A DNA stretch of 64,000 nt from Acidobacteriota bacterium. Its GTDB lineage: Bacteria > Acidobacteriota > UBA6911 > RPQK01 > JAJDTT01. The stretch is from assembly GCA_965217775.1 (NCBI GenBank), contig CBDCJH010000002.1, positions 3,072,001 to 3,136,000 of the forward strand. Direction: 5' to 3'. The notes below the pieces were generated by a model, which was given only the letters and a program-made list of their open reading frames with translations, had not been told where the DNA came from and did no database searches. Within the stretch, counting starts at the first letter, position 1. Every line of letters starts with the position of its first letter. Position numbers and translations under genes: made by a program. This document shows positions 39,260-49,790 of the stretch, piece by piece.

Positions 39260-40507
39260 ATGGCGGACAGCAAACCGAACCGAAACATCATGAGCGTCAG
39301 TTGGGGCGACCATCTGGAAGCCTGGGACGGGGATGACGCGATGGATCAGCCGGACAAGATTCTTCGCTGCGCCGAGCGCTGGCAGTCAGAGTTCGGCGCC
39401 GGCGCCATCTACTGGCGGGAGATGCGGAGCTGGAGCAAGTTCCGGATCGGCTTCACTCCCCCCGGCGCCCCGCCCCGCAAGGTCTTCGACGACTACGAGA
39501 GGAAGGGCTACGACGAGCATGAGTTGATCACCACCCAGGTCAAGGAGATGGGCTACAAGGTCTACATGTACGCCACCATGTTCGACGAAGGGTTCCCTCT
39601 GAGCGAAGGCTGGCAGGGAGGCATCTACGGCTGGCAGAGTCAGTTCACCATGGCCAACCCGGAGTACCTGGCCCGGGACAAGGAGGGCCGGCCCCATTAC
39701 GGCATCATGGAGTACTCCTACCCGGACGTGCGCCGCTACACCATCCGGAGAATCCTGTCGGCCCTGGGAGACTATGACTTCGACGGAGTGTTCGTCTGCA
39801 CCCGCTCCCAGTCCAAGCCGGCCGTCTACGGCGACCAGTTCGGATTCAACGCGCCCGTAGTCGAGGAATACGAACGGCGCTACGGCGTGGACATGATGCG
39901 GCGCAATTTCGAACTGGAGCCTTGGCGGCGGCTGCGGGGGGAGGGCGTGACCCAGTTCCTGAGAGAGTTGCGGTCGGCCCTCAACGCCCGGGGAATGAAG
40001 TTGGGCATCGGAGTCCCCACCGGGAATTACATCGGTCCTCCCTTGGGCAACCTCTACCTGGACTGGAGGACCTGGGTCGAGGAGAAGCTCCTGGACGATC
40101 TGGTCATCAACCAGGTGGCGGTGCGCTGCCCCTCTTTCTGGCACCTCATGTGGCCCAAGAATCCGGGTTACGGATACTTGGTCAATGACGAGGACCACTA
40201 CGGAATCAAGGGGGGAGACGACTACGGCGAGAAGCGCTTCTGGTCCATCCCTCTGGTCAAGGGTTCGCCTGCTTACGAAGGGGCAATGAAGCGCCTGTAC
40301 GGAGCCATCCGGGACGACTACAGCCCCCACTGCGCCCGGCACGGATGCCGGCTTCACGTGGCCCGCATGTGGTCAGTGCACGACCCGGAGGAAGAGGCCC
40401 GGCTTCTCGACACCGAGGGCGTGTCCGGCCTGGCGATCGGCTCGTTCGGAGCCGTCGTGGACCGGCGGGCCGGCGGCGTCCGCCCCGACGTGGCCAATCC
40501 GGCCTGA
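39260..40507 (+). CDS. Glycoside-hydrolase-like TIM-barrel protein (GHL10/DUF187-like), copy 1
   Basis: NPEYLARD, YSYPDVRRY, YDFDGV, WRRLRGEGVTQFLRELR, DWRTWVEEKLLD. Confidence 0.7.
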   Translation: MADSKPNRNIMSVSWGDHLEAWDGDDAMDQPDKILRCAERWQSEFGAGAIYWREMRSWSKFRIGFTPPGAPPRKVFDDYERKGYDEHELITTQVKEMGYKVYMYATMFDEGFPLSEGWQGGIYGWQSQFTMANPEYLARDKEGRPHYGIMEYSYPDVRRYTIRRILSALGDYDFDGVFVCTRSQSKPAVYGDQFGFNAPVVEEYERRYGVDMMRRNFELEPWRRLRGEGVTQFLRELRSALNARGMKLGIGVPTGNYIGPPLGNLYLDWRTWVEEKLLDDLVINQVAVRCPSFWHLMWPKNPGYGYLVNDEDHYGIKGGDDYGEKRFWSIPLVKGSPAYEGAMKRLYGAIRDDYSPHCARHGCRLHVARMWSVHDPEEEARLLDTEGVSGLAIGSFGAVVDRRAGGVRPDVANPA

Positions 40508-40562
40508 GTCCGGTTCGGATCTTTGACGTGTCAGTTTGGAAAGGGATCCTGCTAAGTTGACC

Positions 40563-41810
40563 ATGGCGGACAGCACCACGAACCGGAACATCATGAGCGT
40601 CAGTTGGGGCGACCATCTGGAAGCCTGGGACGGGGACGACGCCCTGGATCGGCCGAACAGGATTCTGCGCTGTGCCGAGCGCTGGCGGCGTGAGTTCGGC
40701 GCCGGCGCCATCTATTGGCGGGAGATGAGGAGTTGGAGCAAATTCCGAATCTGCTTCAGCGCCCCGGGCGCTCCGCCGCGAAGGCTCTTCGACGACTACG
40801 AGAGGAAAGGCTACGACGAGCACGAGCTGATCACCACCCAGCTCAAGGAGATGGGCTACAAGGTCTACATGTACACCACCATGTTCGATGAAGGACTCCC
40901 GTTGAGCGAAAGCTGGCAGGGAGGCGTCTACGGCTGGCAGAGCCAGTTCACCATGGCCAACCCCGAGTACCTGGCCCGGGACCGGGAGGGCCGGCCCCAC
41001 TACGGCGTCATGGAGTACGCCTACCCGGACGTGCGCCGCTACACCATCCGCCGAATCCTGTCGGTGCTGGGGAACTACGACTTCGACGGGGTCTTCGTCT
41101 GCACCCGCTCCCAGTCCAAGCCGGCCGTCCACGGCGACCAGTTCGGATTCAACGCGCCCGTAGTCGAGGAGTACGAGAGGCGCTACGGCGTCGATATTAT
41201 GCGGCGCAATTTCGAGCTGGAGCCCTGGCGGCGCCTGCGGGGAGAAGGAGTAACCCAGTTCCTGAGGGAACTGCGGTCGGCGCTCAATGCCCGGGGAATG
41301 CAGCTGGGGATCGGAGTTCCCACGGGAAACTACATCGGTCCCCCACTGGGCAACCTCTACCTGGACTGGAGGACCTGGGTCCAAGAGAAGCTGCTGGACG
41401 ACCTGGTCATCGACCAGGTGGCGGTGCGCTGCCCCTCTTTCTGGCTCCTCCTGTGGCCCAAGCACCAGGGTTACGGATACCGGGTCAACGACGAGGACCA
41501 TTACGGGATCAAGGGTGTCGACGACCACGGAATCCCGAGCTACTGGTCGATCCCACTGGTCAAGGGCTCGCCTGCGTACCAAGGGGCCATGGACCGCCTG
41601 TACAGTGCGATCCGCGACGACTACGGCCCCCATTGCGCGCGGCACGGTTGCCGGCTCCACGTGGCGCGCATGTGGTCGGCACACGACCCGGAGGAAAACG
41701 CCAGGCTTCTGGACACCGAGGGCGTGTCCGGTCTGGTGATTGGCTCTTTCGGAGCCGCGGTGGACCGGCGGGCCGGCGGGTCGCGTCCGGACGTGGCTAT
41801 TCCGGCCTGA
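40563..41810 (+). CDS. Tandem paralogue of 39260-40507, copy 2
   Basis: Same length (1248 nt), colinear and highly similar. Confidence 0.75.
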   Translation: MADSTTNRNIMSVSWGDHLEAWDGDDALDRPNRILRCAERWRREFGAGAIYWREMRSWSKFRICFSAPGAPPRRLFDDYERKGYDEHELITTQLKEMGYKVYMYTTMFDEGLPLSESWQGGVYGWQSQFTMANPEYLARDREGRPHYGVMEYAYPDVRRYTIRRILSVLGNYDFDGVFVCTRSQSKPAVHGDQFGFNAPVVEEYERRYGVDIMRRNFELEPWRRLRGEGVTQFLRELRSALNARGMQLGIGVPTGNYIGPPLGNLYLDWRTWVQEKLLDDLVIDQVAVRCPSFWLLLWPKHQGYGYRVNDEDHYGIKGVDDHGIPSYWSIPLVKGSPAYQGAMDRLYSAIRDDYGPHCARHGCRLHVARMWSAHDPEENARLLDTEGVSGLVIGSFGAAVDRRAGGSRPDVAIPA

Positions 41811-41863
41811 GATCAGCCTCCCCGGAAGAGTTCGGCCACCCCTCGGCGGAATAGGAGGAATCC

Positions 41864-43846
41864 ATGTCGAACAGGGACACAGCGGTGAGAACGCCTGCAT
41901 TCGGCCTGTCGATCGATTGGGCGGCGCTTCTTTTCGTCTTTCTGTTGGGGGCGAACGCGCTGGCGCATCCCACTACGGAGATGCTGAAGGCCCGCCTGGC
42001 CGTCCACACCTGGGCCAACGGCTTCCTGAACCGGGACCTGGAGACGATGGCTTCGATCCTGGACCCGGAGTTGACCACGGACGGAGGCGAGAACCGGGAG
42101 CAGTACCTGGAGAACCTGCACCGGGGCATGCACAAGATCACCCACGTCTGGCTCCGATTCGCCCACTTCCAAGAGGTGGGCGACACGATCCGGGTCCACC
42201 CGATCCTGGTCTACCGGTCCCATGGCGTCACCAAGCCGGCCCTGACCCTGACGCTACGCCGGAGGGACTCGGGCTGGAAGATCGTCCACATCGGCGGTGA
42301 ACGCCGGCCGGACCTTCCGCCGGAACTCGCGGTGGACCACCCCGAGCAGCAACCCCGGCACCGGGTCCGGGTTCACTTGCGGGATCGGGACAGCGGGCAG
42401 GCCGTGGCGGCTCGAATCCGGGTCCTGGATCAAGCGGGGACCTACTGGCCGCCTCAGGGCCACCAGAGGCGAGTCCCCATCGGCTGGCGCGAGGACGTGG
42501 GGGGAGACGTGGTCGTGGTTGACGAAACCTACGCCTACGTCCACCCCGACTTCATCCTGCCCCTGGCTGCGGGAAGCTACGAGATGGAGATCCTCAAGGG
42601 AATCGAATACGAGCCCCGCAGCATCCGCTTCTCCGTCAAGAAGGGACAGGTCCCGGAACTGGAGGTCCAGTTGCGGCGCTGGTCCGACCTGCGGCAGGAG
42701 GGCTGGTACTCGGGCGACACCCACGTCCACTTCGTGAGCCCCCATGCGGCTCTGCTGGAGGCCAAGGCGGAGGATCTGAACGTCATCAACATCCTGGCCA
42801 CCAAGTGGGACGAACTGATCACCAACGTGGAGCACTTCACCGGCGAACCGGACCGCGTCTCCGAACCGGAGACCGTCATCTACGTGAACGAGGAGAGCCG
42901 GCACGACTTCCTGGGGCACACCGTGCTGCTGAATCTAAAGAACCTGGTCTATCCCCTGACCTGGGGCGGACCCGATGAAGGGGTCCCAGGCGGCATCGAC
43001 TACCCTCCCATGGCCCGGCAGGCGGACATGGCCCACGCCCAGGGCGGGTTCGTGAGCTGGGCCCACTTCCCCGGCGCCCGCGGCGAGCTGGCCATCGACG
43101 TGGCCTTGGGAAAGGTGGACTCCATCGACCTCATGACCTGGGGCGACCCTCTGGCTCCCCGCCGGAATCGTCCTGCGGCCGCCGAGATCTGGTACCGCTT
43201 CCTGAACTGCGGCTTCCGGCTGGCGGCGGCCGGCGGCACCGACAAGATGTCCAACATTCAGGTCGCCGGAATCCCCCGCGTCTACGTCCAGGTCCCCGGG
43301 CCTTTTTCCTATCCGGTCTGGCTGGACGGGATCCGCGCCGGACGGACCTTCGTGACCACGGGTCCCATGCTCCAGTTCACCGCCGGCGGCCGAGAGTTGG
43401 GCGAGACCGTTTCAGCCTCGGCCGACGAGGAGATCGAGGTAACCGCTTCCGTGCGATCCAGGATTCCGGTCGACCGCCTGGAAATCGTCCGGGGAGGCAA
43501 GGTCGTCGCCAAGGTGGAGAACCCGTCCGGGGATCGGGACCTGGCGCTGAAAGACCGGATCCGGGTGAAGGACAGCTCCTGGGTTGCGGCCCGGGCCTAC
43601 GGACCCGAACTGGTCTACCAGGGAGGGATCCCCCTGGTGGCCCACACCAGCCCCGTCTATCTTCAGGTGGGCGACCGGCAGCCGAGATCGCCCGAAGACG
43701 CCGCCTTCTTCCTCACCTGGATCGAAGAGTCTCTGACCTGGTTGGAGAAGACGGCCAATATCCCCGATCCGGAACAGCGCCGCGAAATGCAGGACCTCTT
43801 CGAAGAGGCCAAGGCAATCTACGAGGAGATGCGAGACGGAAGTTGA
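41864..43846 (+). CDS. CehA/McbA family (PHP-like) metallohydrolase with N-terminal NTF2-like domain
   Basis: GWYSGDTHVH, EAKAEDL, WAHFP, WYRFLNCGFRL..GGTD, AGRTFVTTGP, AHTSPVY. Confidence 0.88.
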   Translation: MSNRDTAVRTPAFGLSIDWAALLFVFLLGANALAHPTTEMLKARLAVHTWANGFLNRDLETMASILDPELTTDGGENREQYLENLHRGMHKITHVWLRFAHFQEVGDTIRVHPILVYRSHGVTKPALTLTLRRRDSGWKIVHIGGERRPDLPPELAVDHPEQQPRHRVRVHLRDRDSGQAVAARIRVLDQAGTYWPPQGHQRRVPIGWREDVGGDVVVVDETYAYVHPDFILPLAAGSYEMEILKGIEYEPRSIRFSVKKGQVPELEVQLRRWSDLRQEGWYSGDTHVHFVSPHAALLEAKAEDLNVINILATKWDELITNVEHFTGEPDRVSEPETVIYVNEESRHDFLGHTVLLNLKNLVYPLTWGGPDEGVPGGIDYPPMARQADMAHAQGGFVSWAHFPGARGELAIDVALGKVDSIDLMTWGDPLAPRRNRPAAAEIWYRFLNCGFRLAAAGGTDKMSNIQVAGIPRVYVQVPGPFSYPVWLDGIRAGRTFVTTGPMLQFTAGGRELGETVSASADEEIEVTASVRSRIPVDRLEIVRGGKVVAKVENPSGDRDLALKDRIRVKDSSWVAARAYGPELVYQGGIPLVAHTSPVYLQVGDRQPRSPEDAAFFLTWIEESLTWLEKTANIPDPEQRREMQDLFEEAKAIYEEMRDGS

Positions 43847-43855
43847 ACGGACGGT

Positions 43856-43963
43856 ACCGGAGCGGCGGTTTCCAGCCGCCGAACCGGAGCGGCGGTTTCC
43901 AGCCGCCGAACTCCTGAGTAACGGTGGGCTACAAAGGAATGGGCGACCGGAAGTCGTCCCTTC
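43856..43963. repeat. GGAG-type REP cluster
   Basis: Two exact 27-bp units ACCGGAGCGGCGGTTTCCAGCCGCCGA plus inverted GGGCGACCGGAAGTCGTCCCTTC. Confidence 0.85.
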
Positions 43964-44002
43964 AGACCACCCCCACATGTTTCCAAGGAGGAGTGATCCA
44001 GC

Positions 44003-44770
44003 GTGTCGGGTTGTCTTGAAGACAAGGTGATTCTCATCACCGGCGCCGGCTCCGGCATCGGCCGCGCCACCGCTCTGGCCTGCGCCCGGGAAGGCGCCCG
44101 GGTCGTGGTCTCGGACCTGAATCCGGAATGGAGCGCCGAGACCACGGAGCGAATCCTGGCGGCCGGTGGTTCAGCCAATTCCCTGCCCGCCGACGTGTCG
44201 GATGTGGCTCAGGTCGAAGCCCTGATCCGGGACACCGTGAAGCTGCATGGCCGTTTGGACTGCGCCCACAACAACGCCGGCATCGAGGGAGAGACGACCC
44301 CCTTTCACAACTACTCGGAGGAGATGTTTGATCGAGTGACGGCCATCAACCTGACGGGGGTCTGGTACTGCATGAAGTTCGAGATCAAGCAGATGCTGCG
44401 CCAGGAGGGCGGGGTCATCGTCAACACCTCCTCCGGATCCGGACTCTCGGGCACTGGCAACGGGGTCAGCGCCTACAACGCCAGCAAGCATGGTGTCATG
44501 GGCCTGACCCGAGCGGCCGCCATGGAATACGCCCGGGAGGGGATTCGTGTGAACGCCGTTTGTCCCGGCGCTATCGACACTCCCATGGCCGACCGGCTGC
44601 TGGGGCGGGACCCGGTGAAGATGGCCGCCACCGCAACCCGCACCCCTTCACAGCGTTGGGGAACGGCGGAAGAGGTGGCTGAGGTCGTGGTCTGGATGTG
44701 CTCCGATGCCGCCTCGTACCTCACCGGCCAGCCCGTATCCGTCGACGGCGGCTCCCAGGCCGGAAGATAA
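44003..44770 (+). CDS. SDR family oxidoreductase
   Basis: TGAGSGIG, NNAG, YNASK, NAVCPG. Confidence 0.95.
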   Translation: MSGCLEDKVILITGAGSGIGRATALACAREGARVVVSDLNPEWSAETTERILAAGGSANSLPADVSDVAQVEALIRDTVKLHGRLDCAHNNAGIEGETTPFHNYSEEMFDRVTAINLTGVWYCMKFEIKQMLRQEGGVIVNTSSGSGLSGTGNGVSAYNASKHGVMGLTRAAAMEYAREGIRVNAVCPGAIDTPMADRLLGRDPVKMAATATRTPSQRWGTAEEVAEVVVWMCSDAASYLTGQPVSVDGGSQAGR

Positions 44771-44840
44771 AATGGCTCGACTGAAACGGCGGTAAACCTC
44801 GTCCAAGACCCCTTCGAAGCAGGTTCCGTCGCGCGGCACC

Positions 44841-45434
44841 TCAGGCATGAGGGCCACGCTCCCGGATAATTCTCAAAGCCAGCTCGGGATCGATCTGGAC
44901 GATCATCTCGGGCTCGGTCCGGACTCCCGCGGGCAGATCGAAACCCCCGACGGCACTACGCGCGTGCCAACCTGAAAGAGATTGATCCCTGCCATCTTCT
45001 GCAAACTGAGACAGCGGTCCACCGAAGACATCATGAAAGACCTTGGAGTATCCGTTGACGACCAGGTGCGAGAGGGTCAGGACCCCACCGCCGGCCGAGT
45101 TGACCATGCCGAAACCTTTGACGCAGTACCAGACATCGTTCAGCGTTCCCAGAGGATGGAGTCCCCAGTGCAGAACGCGGATGTGCTGGATGCCCGCCTC
45201 GCGACCCGCTACGGTCCCCTTCTCGACCTCGGCATCCTCGTCGGTGACCGCTCCCATGCCGGCGGTGGTGCCGGAAAGAAATACCAGGCCCGAGGGGGTA
45301 AGGGTGGCCTGGGCAAGATTCTCCGCACCTGGAGGCGGAAGTGCATCTTCCTTCTGCCCCAGATCGATTCCCAGCCGGCTGATCCTGTCGTAGACATCGA
45401 AATTTCTCTTCCAACTCGAGTTCAGTTCTACCAT
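44841..45434 (-). CDS. RidA/YjgF-like family protein
   Basis: LVFLSG, GMVNS, VVNGYS...VFG, HARSAVG..LP....E.E. Confidence 0.75.
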   Translation of the reverse strand: MVELNSSWKRNFDVYDRISRLGIDLGQKEDALPPPGAENLAQATLTPSGLVFLSGTTAGMGAVTDEDAEVEKGTVAGREAGIQHIRVLHWGLHPLGTLNDVWYCVKGFGMVNSAGGGVLTLSHLVVNGYSKVFHDVFGGPLSQFAEDGRDQSLSGWHARSAVGGFDLPAGVRTEPEMIVQIDPELALRIIRERGPHA

Positions 45435-45497
45435 CGGTTTCCTCCGTAAATGATTCTTGAAATGGATAACGAGATAGCGCTGGATCTAATGCCCGAT

Positions 45498-46733
45498 CTA
45501 AGCCCCGGCTGCCTGGTCCCAGACCCGGAGGAAGTTCTCCCCCAGGATCTTTCGGATGTCCCCATCGCTGTATCCCCGTTTCACCAGACCCTTGGTCAGG
45601 TTCGGCCACTTGGATCGGTCTTCCAGGTCCTCGACGGGCTCGTTGTCGGAGGAGACCGCCACCTGGTCGATTCCGGCCACCTTGACGGCATGGTCGATGT
45701 GGTCCAGGAAAGCATCGATGGGAGGCAGATCGATTTTCTCGACGTAGGAATGCGAATCCAGCGTATTCCTCATGGCGGCGGCAATCTCCCAGGGATCCGA
45801 GTGCTGCTGCGCGAGGCGAAGATCCCGGTCCGTGTAGTCGGGAAGGAACCGGGTTTTCATCATGTCGTTCAGGGCTTTGGTATCCAGGTAGGAGGGAACG
45901 GTGAAGATTCCCACCACGCCCCCGTTCTCGGCCAGGGCCCGCAGCATCTCGTCCGTCAGGTTGCGTTGCACCATGCACAGGGCCCGGCAACCGGAATGGG
46001 TGGCGATGATGGGTTTGGAACTGGTTTGGATCGTGTCCCAAAACGCCTGGTCCGAGGCATGGGAGATGTCCACCAGCATCCCGATCTGGTTGCACTCCCG
46101 AACCACCTCCCGGCCGAAGTCGCTCAACCCGGACTTCGGGTTCAGCTCCCCACTGGAATCGACCCAGTCGAAAGCAGCAATATGGGTCAACGCAAAGACC
46201 CGGATCCCCATGCGGTGATACATCCTCAGGACGGCCAGATCGTTGGCGATCCAGCCCGCGTTGAGCATGGGGATCACCGCAATCTTCCCCGCTCGGACGA
46301 TTCGCTTCAGGTCGGAGGACCGTAGTGCCAGCTCCACGGCATCCGGGTGCTGCCGCACGCTTCGCTCCAGTATCTCGTCGACGCGCTGCAGGACCCGCTT
46401 GACCACGTCCGGGCCGTCAAACAGGTTGTCGCAAATGTTCTTGCCCACTTCGGGAGGATCGATGATTCCTTCCCGGGCATCGCTCCGGAAGATTTCTTCG
46501 ACACCGATTCCGTGGACGATGGCGTCGACCTGGCCCTTTTGGAAGTCTTCCAGGTAAAGCGTGCCGTAGGTGTCGATGACGATGGCATCCCGGTGCAACT
46601 GGGCCGGGTCTACGGCTCCGGCAAATCCAGCTGAACGTTCTCCCCGGGTGGATCTGCCCGCCACACCCAAGGCGACGGCCGAAAGAGACTGCTTGAGAAA
46701 GCCACGTCGCTCCATAGAACCGTCATTCCTCAT
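45498..46733 (-). CDS. Tat-exported membrane dipeptidase-like (M19) amidohydrolase
   Basis: RRGFLK; GLSDFGREVV, DISHAS, ATHSG, RNLTDE, HIDH, KILGENFLRV; the N-terminal metal-binding H/D motif looks degenerate. Confidence 0.88.
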   Translation of the reverse strand: MRNDGSMERRGFLKQSLSAVALGVAGRSTRGERSAGFAGAVDPAQLHRDAIVIDTYGTLYLEDFQKGQVDAIVHGIGVEEIFRSDAREGIIDPPEVGKNICDNLFDGPDVVKRVLQRVDEILERSVRQHPDAVELALRSSDLKRIVRAGKIAVIPMLNAGWIANDLAVLRMYHRMGIRVFALTHIAAFDWVDSSGELNPKSGLSDFGREVVRECNQIGMLVDISHASDQAFWDTIQTSSKPIIATHSGCRALCMVQRNLTDEMLRALAENGGVVGIFTVPSYLDTKALNDMMKTRFLPDYTDRDLRLAQQHSDPWEIAAAMRNTLDSHSYVEKIDLPPIDAFLDHIDHAVKVAGIDQVAVSSDNEPVEDLEDRSKWPNLTKGLVKRGYSDGDIRKILGENFLRVWDQAAGA

Positions 46734-46785
46734 AGCAGCTTCGGATCCGGGTTTCTCTGAGATTCGCATCAAGCTGCCCTCCCAA

Positions 46786-47637
46786 CTACTTGCTCTTTCC
46801 TTCTTGTAGCGTGTCGCGTTTCAAAGGAAGCTCTGCCACTCGTTTAAAATCGCTCCAGTGGGATTCCCTCCGGCTGTGCAGCGATTTGAACAGGATCCTC
46901 CCCTTGAGATAGAGCCGGAAGTAACTGGGGAACCAGATCCCGTCTTCGCCTTCCTTGCGATCCATCATCCCGTCAATCCGGGAGATGGAACCGAGTATTC
47001 CCCACCAGATCCGGGTCGGCCTTATGAGCTCGAACTCGACCCGGACGATCTCGTACGACTCCCGATCCAGCCAGATCCGGCCTCGGGAGTTGTTCAGGGC
47101 ACGGTCGATTCTGCGCCTGACGGGGAGCTTTCCGCTTTTGGGCTCGAAGCTCAGCCGGTAGACCTGGCGTCCGTGGAGCTCCCCGGTCCCTTCCACCCGA
47201 AAGCGATACCGGCCCACCAACTCCCGGTTGAATCTGACTTCGTTGTCGTTCGACTTGCGGGCATCCCTGTCCCTCTCAAGGCGACGCCGAAACTTCGCCT
47301 CCTTCCGGCGTTCGGCCTCCTGCTCCTTCTTGCTCAGGGGCTCTCCGTCCTTCTCCAGCAACCTCTCATAGCGCACGTTGCCGATGGGTACGACCTGGTA
47401 GAGGCGCTTTTCGACCTGGGTCGGTTGAGCCTGCTTGTTCAGCTTCTCCGAGATCCGGAGGTGTCGGAAGGAATAGGCTTGCTCCGCTCGCTGCTTATTG
47501 TTGGCCAGGCCTCGTTCCAGGGCCCGGGAGAGGATCTCTTTCTCGGAGGGCTCCGGGGCGGGATTCTGCCCCCACATCAGGTCGGGGGTTCCGGCCCAGG
47601 CCAGCAGAACGATCACTGCGCGAATAAAAAGCCTCAC
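46786..47637 (-). CDS. Hypothetical exported protein (LolA/MucB-like fold suspected)
   Basis: GTG start overlapping the ROK stop; signal peptide; YRLSFEPK, GRIWLD motifs. Confidence 0.7.
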   Translation of the reverse strand: MRLFIRAVIVLLAWAGTPDLMWGQNPAPEPSEKEILSRALERGLANNKQRAEQAYSFRHLRISEKLNKQAQPTQVEKRLYQVVPIGNVRYERLLEKDGEPLSKKEQEAERRKEAKFRRRLERDRDARKSNDNEVRFNRELVGRYRFRVEGTGELHGRQVYRLSFEPKSGKLPVRRRIDRALNNSRGRIWLDRESYEIVRVEFELIRPTRIWWGILGSISRIDGMMDRKEGEDGIWFPSYFRLYLKGRILFKSLHSRRESHWSDFKRVAELPLKRDTLQEGKSK

Positions 47638-48593
47638 GCTCGACTCCACTCGTTTCCGGCCAGGAGCAGGGCTCCTTCCACAACCACGGTCTCTCCCAGT
47701 TTGGCCGATACCACCTGATAGCACCCGACGAGGGGTGGAAAAACGTACCTCTCGATCTCTGTCCGAATCGGGGCGAAGAACAATTCCTCGCCACTCCGGC
47801 TCACACCGCCTCCGATCACGATCAACTCCGGTGACAGCAGGGTCAAGACCTGGGCGATGGCCCATCCGAGCGCCTGGGTGGCCTGGCGGAACGCGGCCCA
47901 GGCCACAGCGTCTCCGGATCGGGCCGCCTCGGCAACCAATTCCGCCGTCAGACCCGCCGGGTTCCCCTGGCATGACGCCAGGAGCCGGCGGCCGTTCCGG
48001 TCCGAATCGGCCCTCTTGCCACCCAGACTCCTGCGGGCGAAATCGGCAATGGACCATCCGCTGGCCAGGCTCTCCACCGTCCGGTCCGGATCCACCGCGT
48101 CCAGTCCCGGGCGCAGATGTCCGATCTCGGAGACTGACGGGCGGCCCTGTCCTTGAAGCCGCCCGTTCACGACATGACCGCCGCCCACGCCCGTTCCCAC
48201 CGTCACGTAGAAGACGGAGTCCTTCCCTCGACCCGCCCCGATACGGCTTTCAGCCAGCGCAGCCAAGTCGCAATCGTTTCCCAGAACGGCCGGCAGACCC
48301 GGATTTCGGCGAAACCAGTCGACCATAGGGAAGTTCTCCCAGCCGATGACATGATGGCTCTTGCGCACCCGGCCCTTCGCCCCGTCCACCGGACCGCCGA
48401 AGCCCACGCCGATTCCCCGGATGGAGTGGACTGTCTTCAGGTTGGAGGTCTCCTCCCGAATCTGCTCCAGGATGCCGGCGGCACCGGCCACGGGATCGAC
48501 GTCCCGGCGCGCCAGGCAGACCAGGGGAGTTCCGTCTCCGGCACCGACTCCCAACTGGAGTTTCGTCCCGCCGATTTCGATGCCCAGAAACAT
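47634..48593 (-). CDS. ROK family sugar kinase
   Basis: GIEIGGTK, GVGFGGPVD, NDCDLAALAE, GTGVGGG, EIGH. Confidence 0.93.
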   Translation of the reverse strand: MFLGIEIGGTKLQLGVGAGDGTPLVCLARRDVDPVAGAAGILEQIREETSNLKTVHSIRGIGVGFGGPVDGAKGRVRKSHHVIGWENFPMVDWFRRNPGLPAVLGNDCDLAALAESRIGAGRGKDSVFYVTVGTGVGGGHVVNGRLQGQGRPSVSEIGHLRPGLDAVDPDRTVESLASGWSIADFARRSLGGKRADSDRNGRRLLASCQGNPAGLTAELVAEAARSGDAVAWAAFRQATQALGWAIAQVLTLLSPELIVIGGGVSRSGEELFFAPIRTEIERYVFPPLVGCYQVVSAKLGETVVVEGALLLAGNEWSRA

Positions 48594-48712
48594 GAGTTCA
48601 CCAACTCTCAGAATGACCCTGCAACCCGCCTGGATTCGGAAGCCGTCTTGTCTCGGAACCGCTTCCGTCGAATGATTCCGGAATTAGGAGGGAAACCTCG
48701 GAGGCTGGGCCG

Positions 48713-49753
<1,041 letters not shown>

Positions 49754-49790
49754 GTCGATCTCTCCTTGAGGGGTCATGCAGCCTGGGTCG

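Noticed and set aside
39260-41810. Paralogue pair as a DGR template/variable repeat
   Set aside because: Differences are spread over whole genes, many at synonymous positions and not adenine-specific.
43856-43909. Possible CRISPR repeats
   Set aside because: Two abutting palindromic units with no spacers and no cas genes; these are REP elements.
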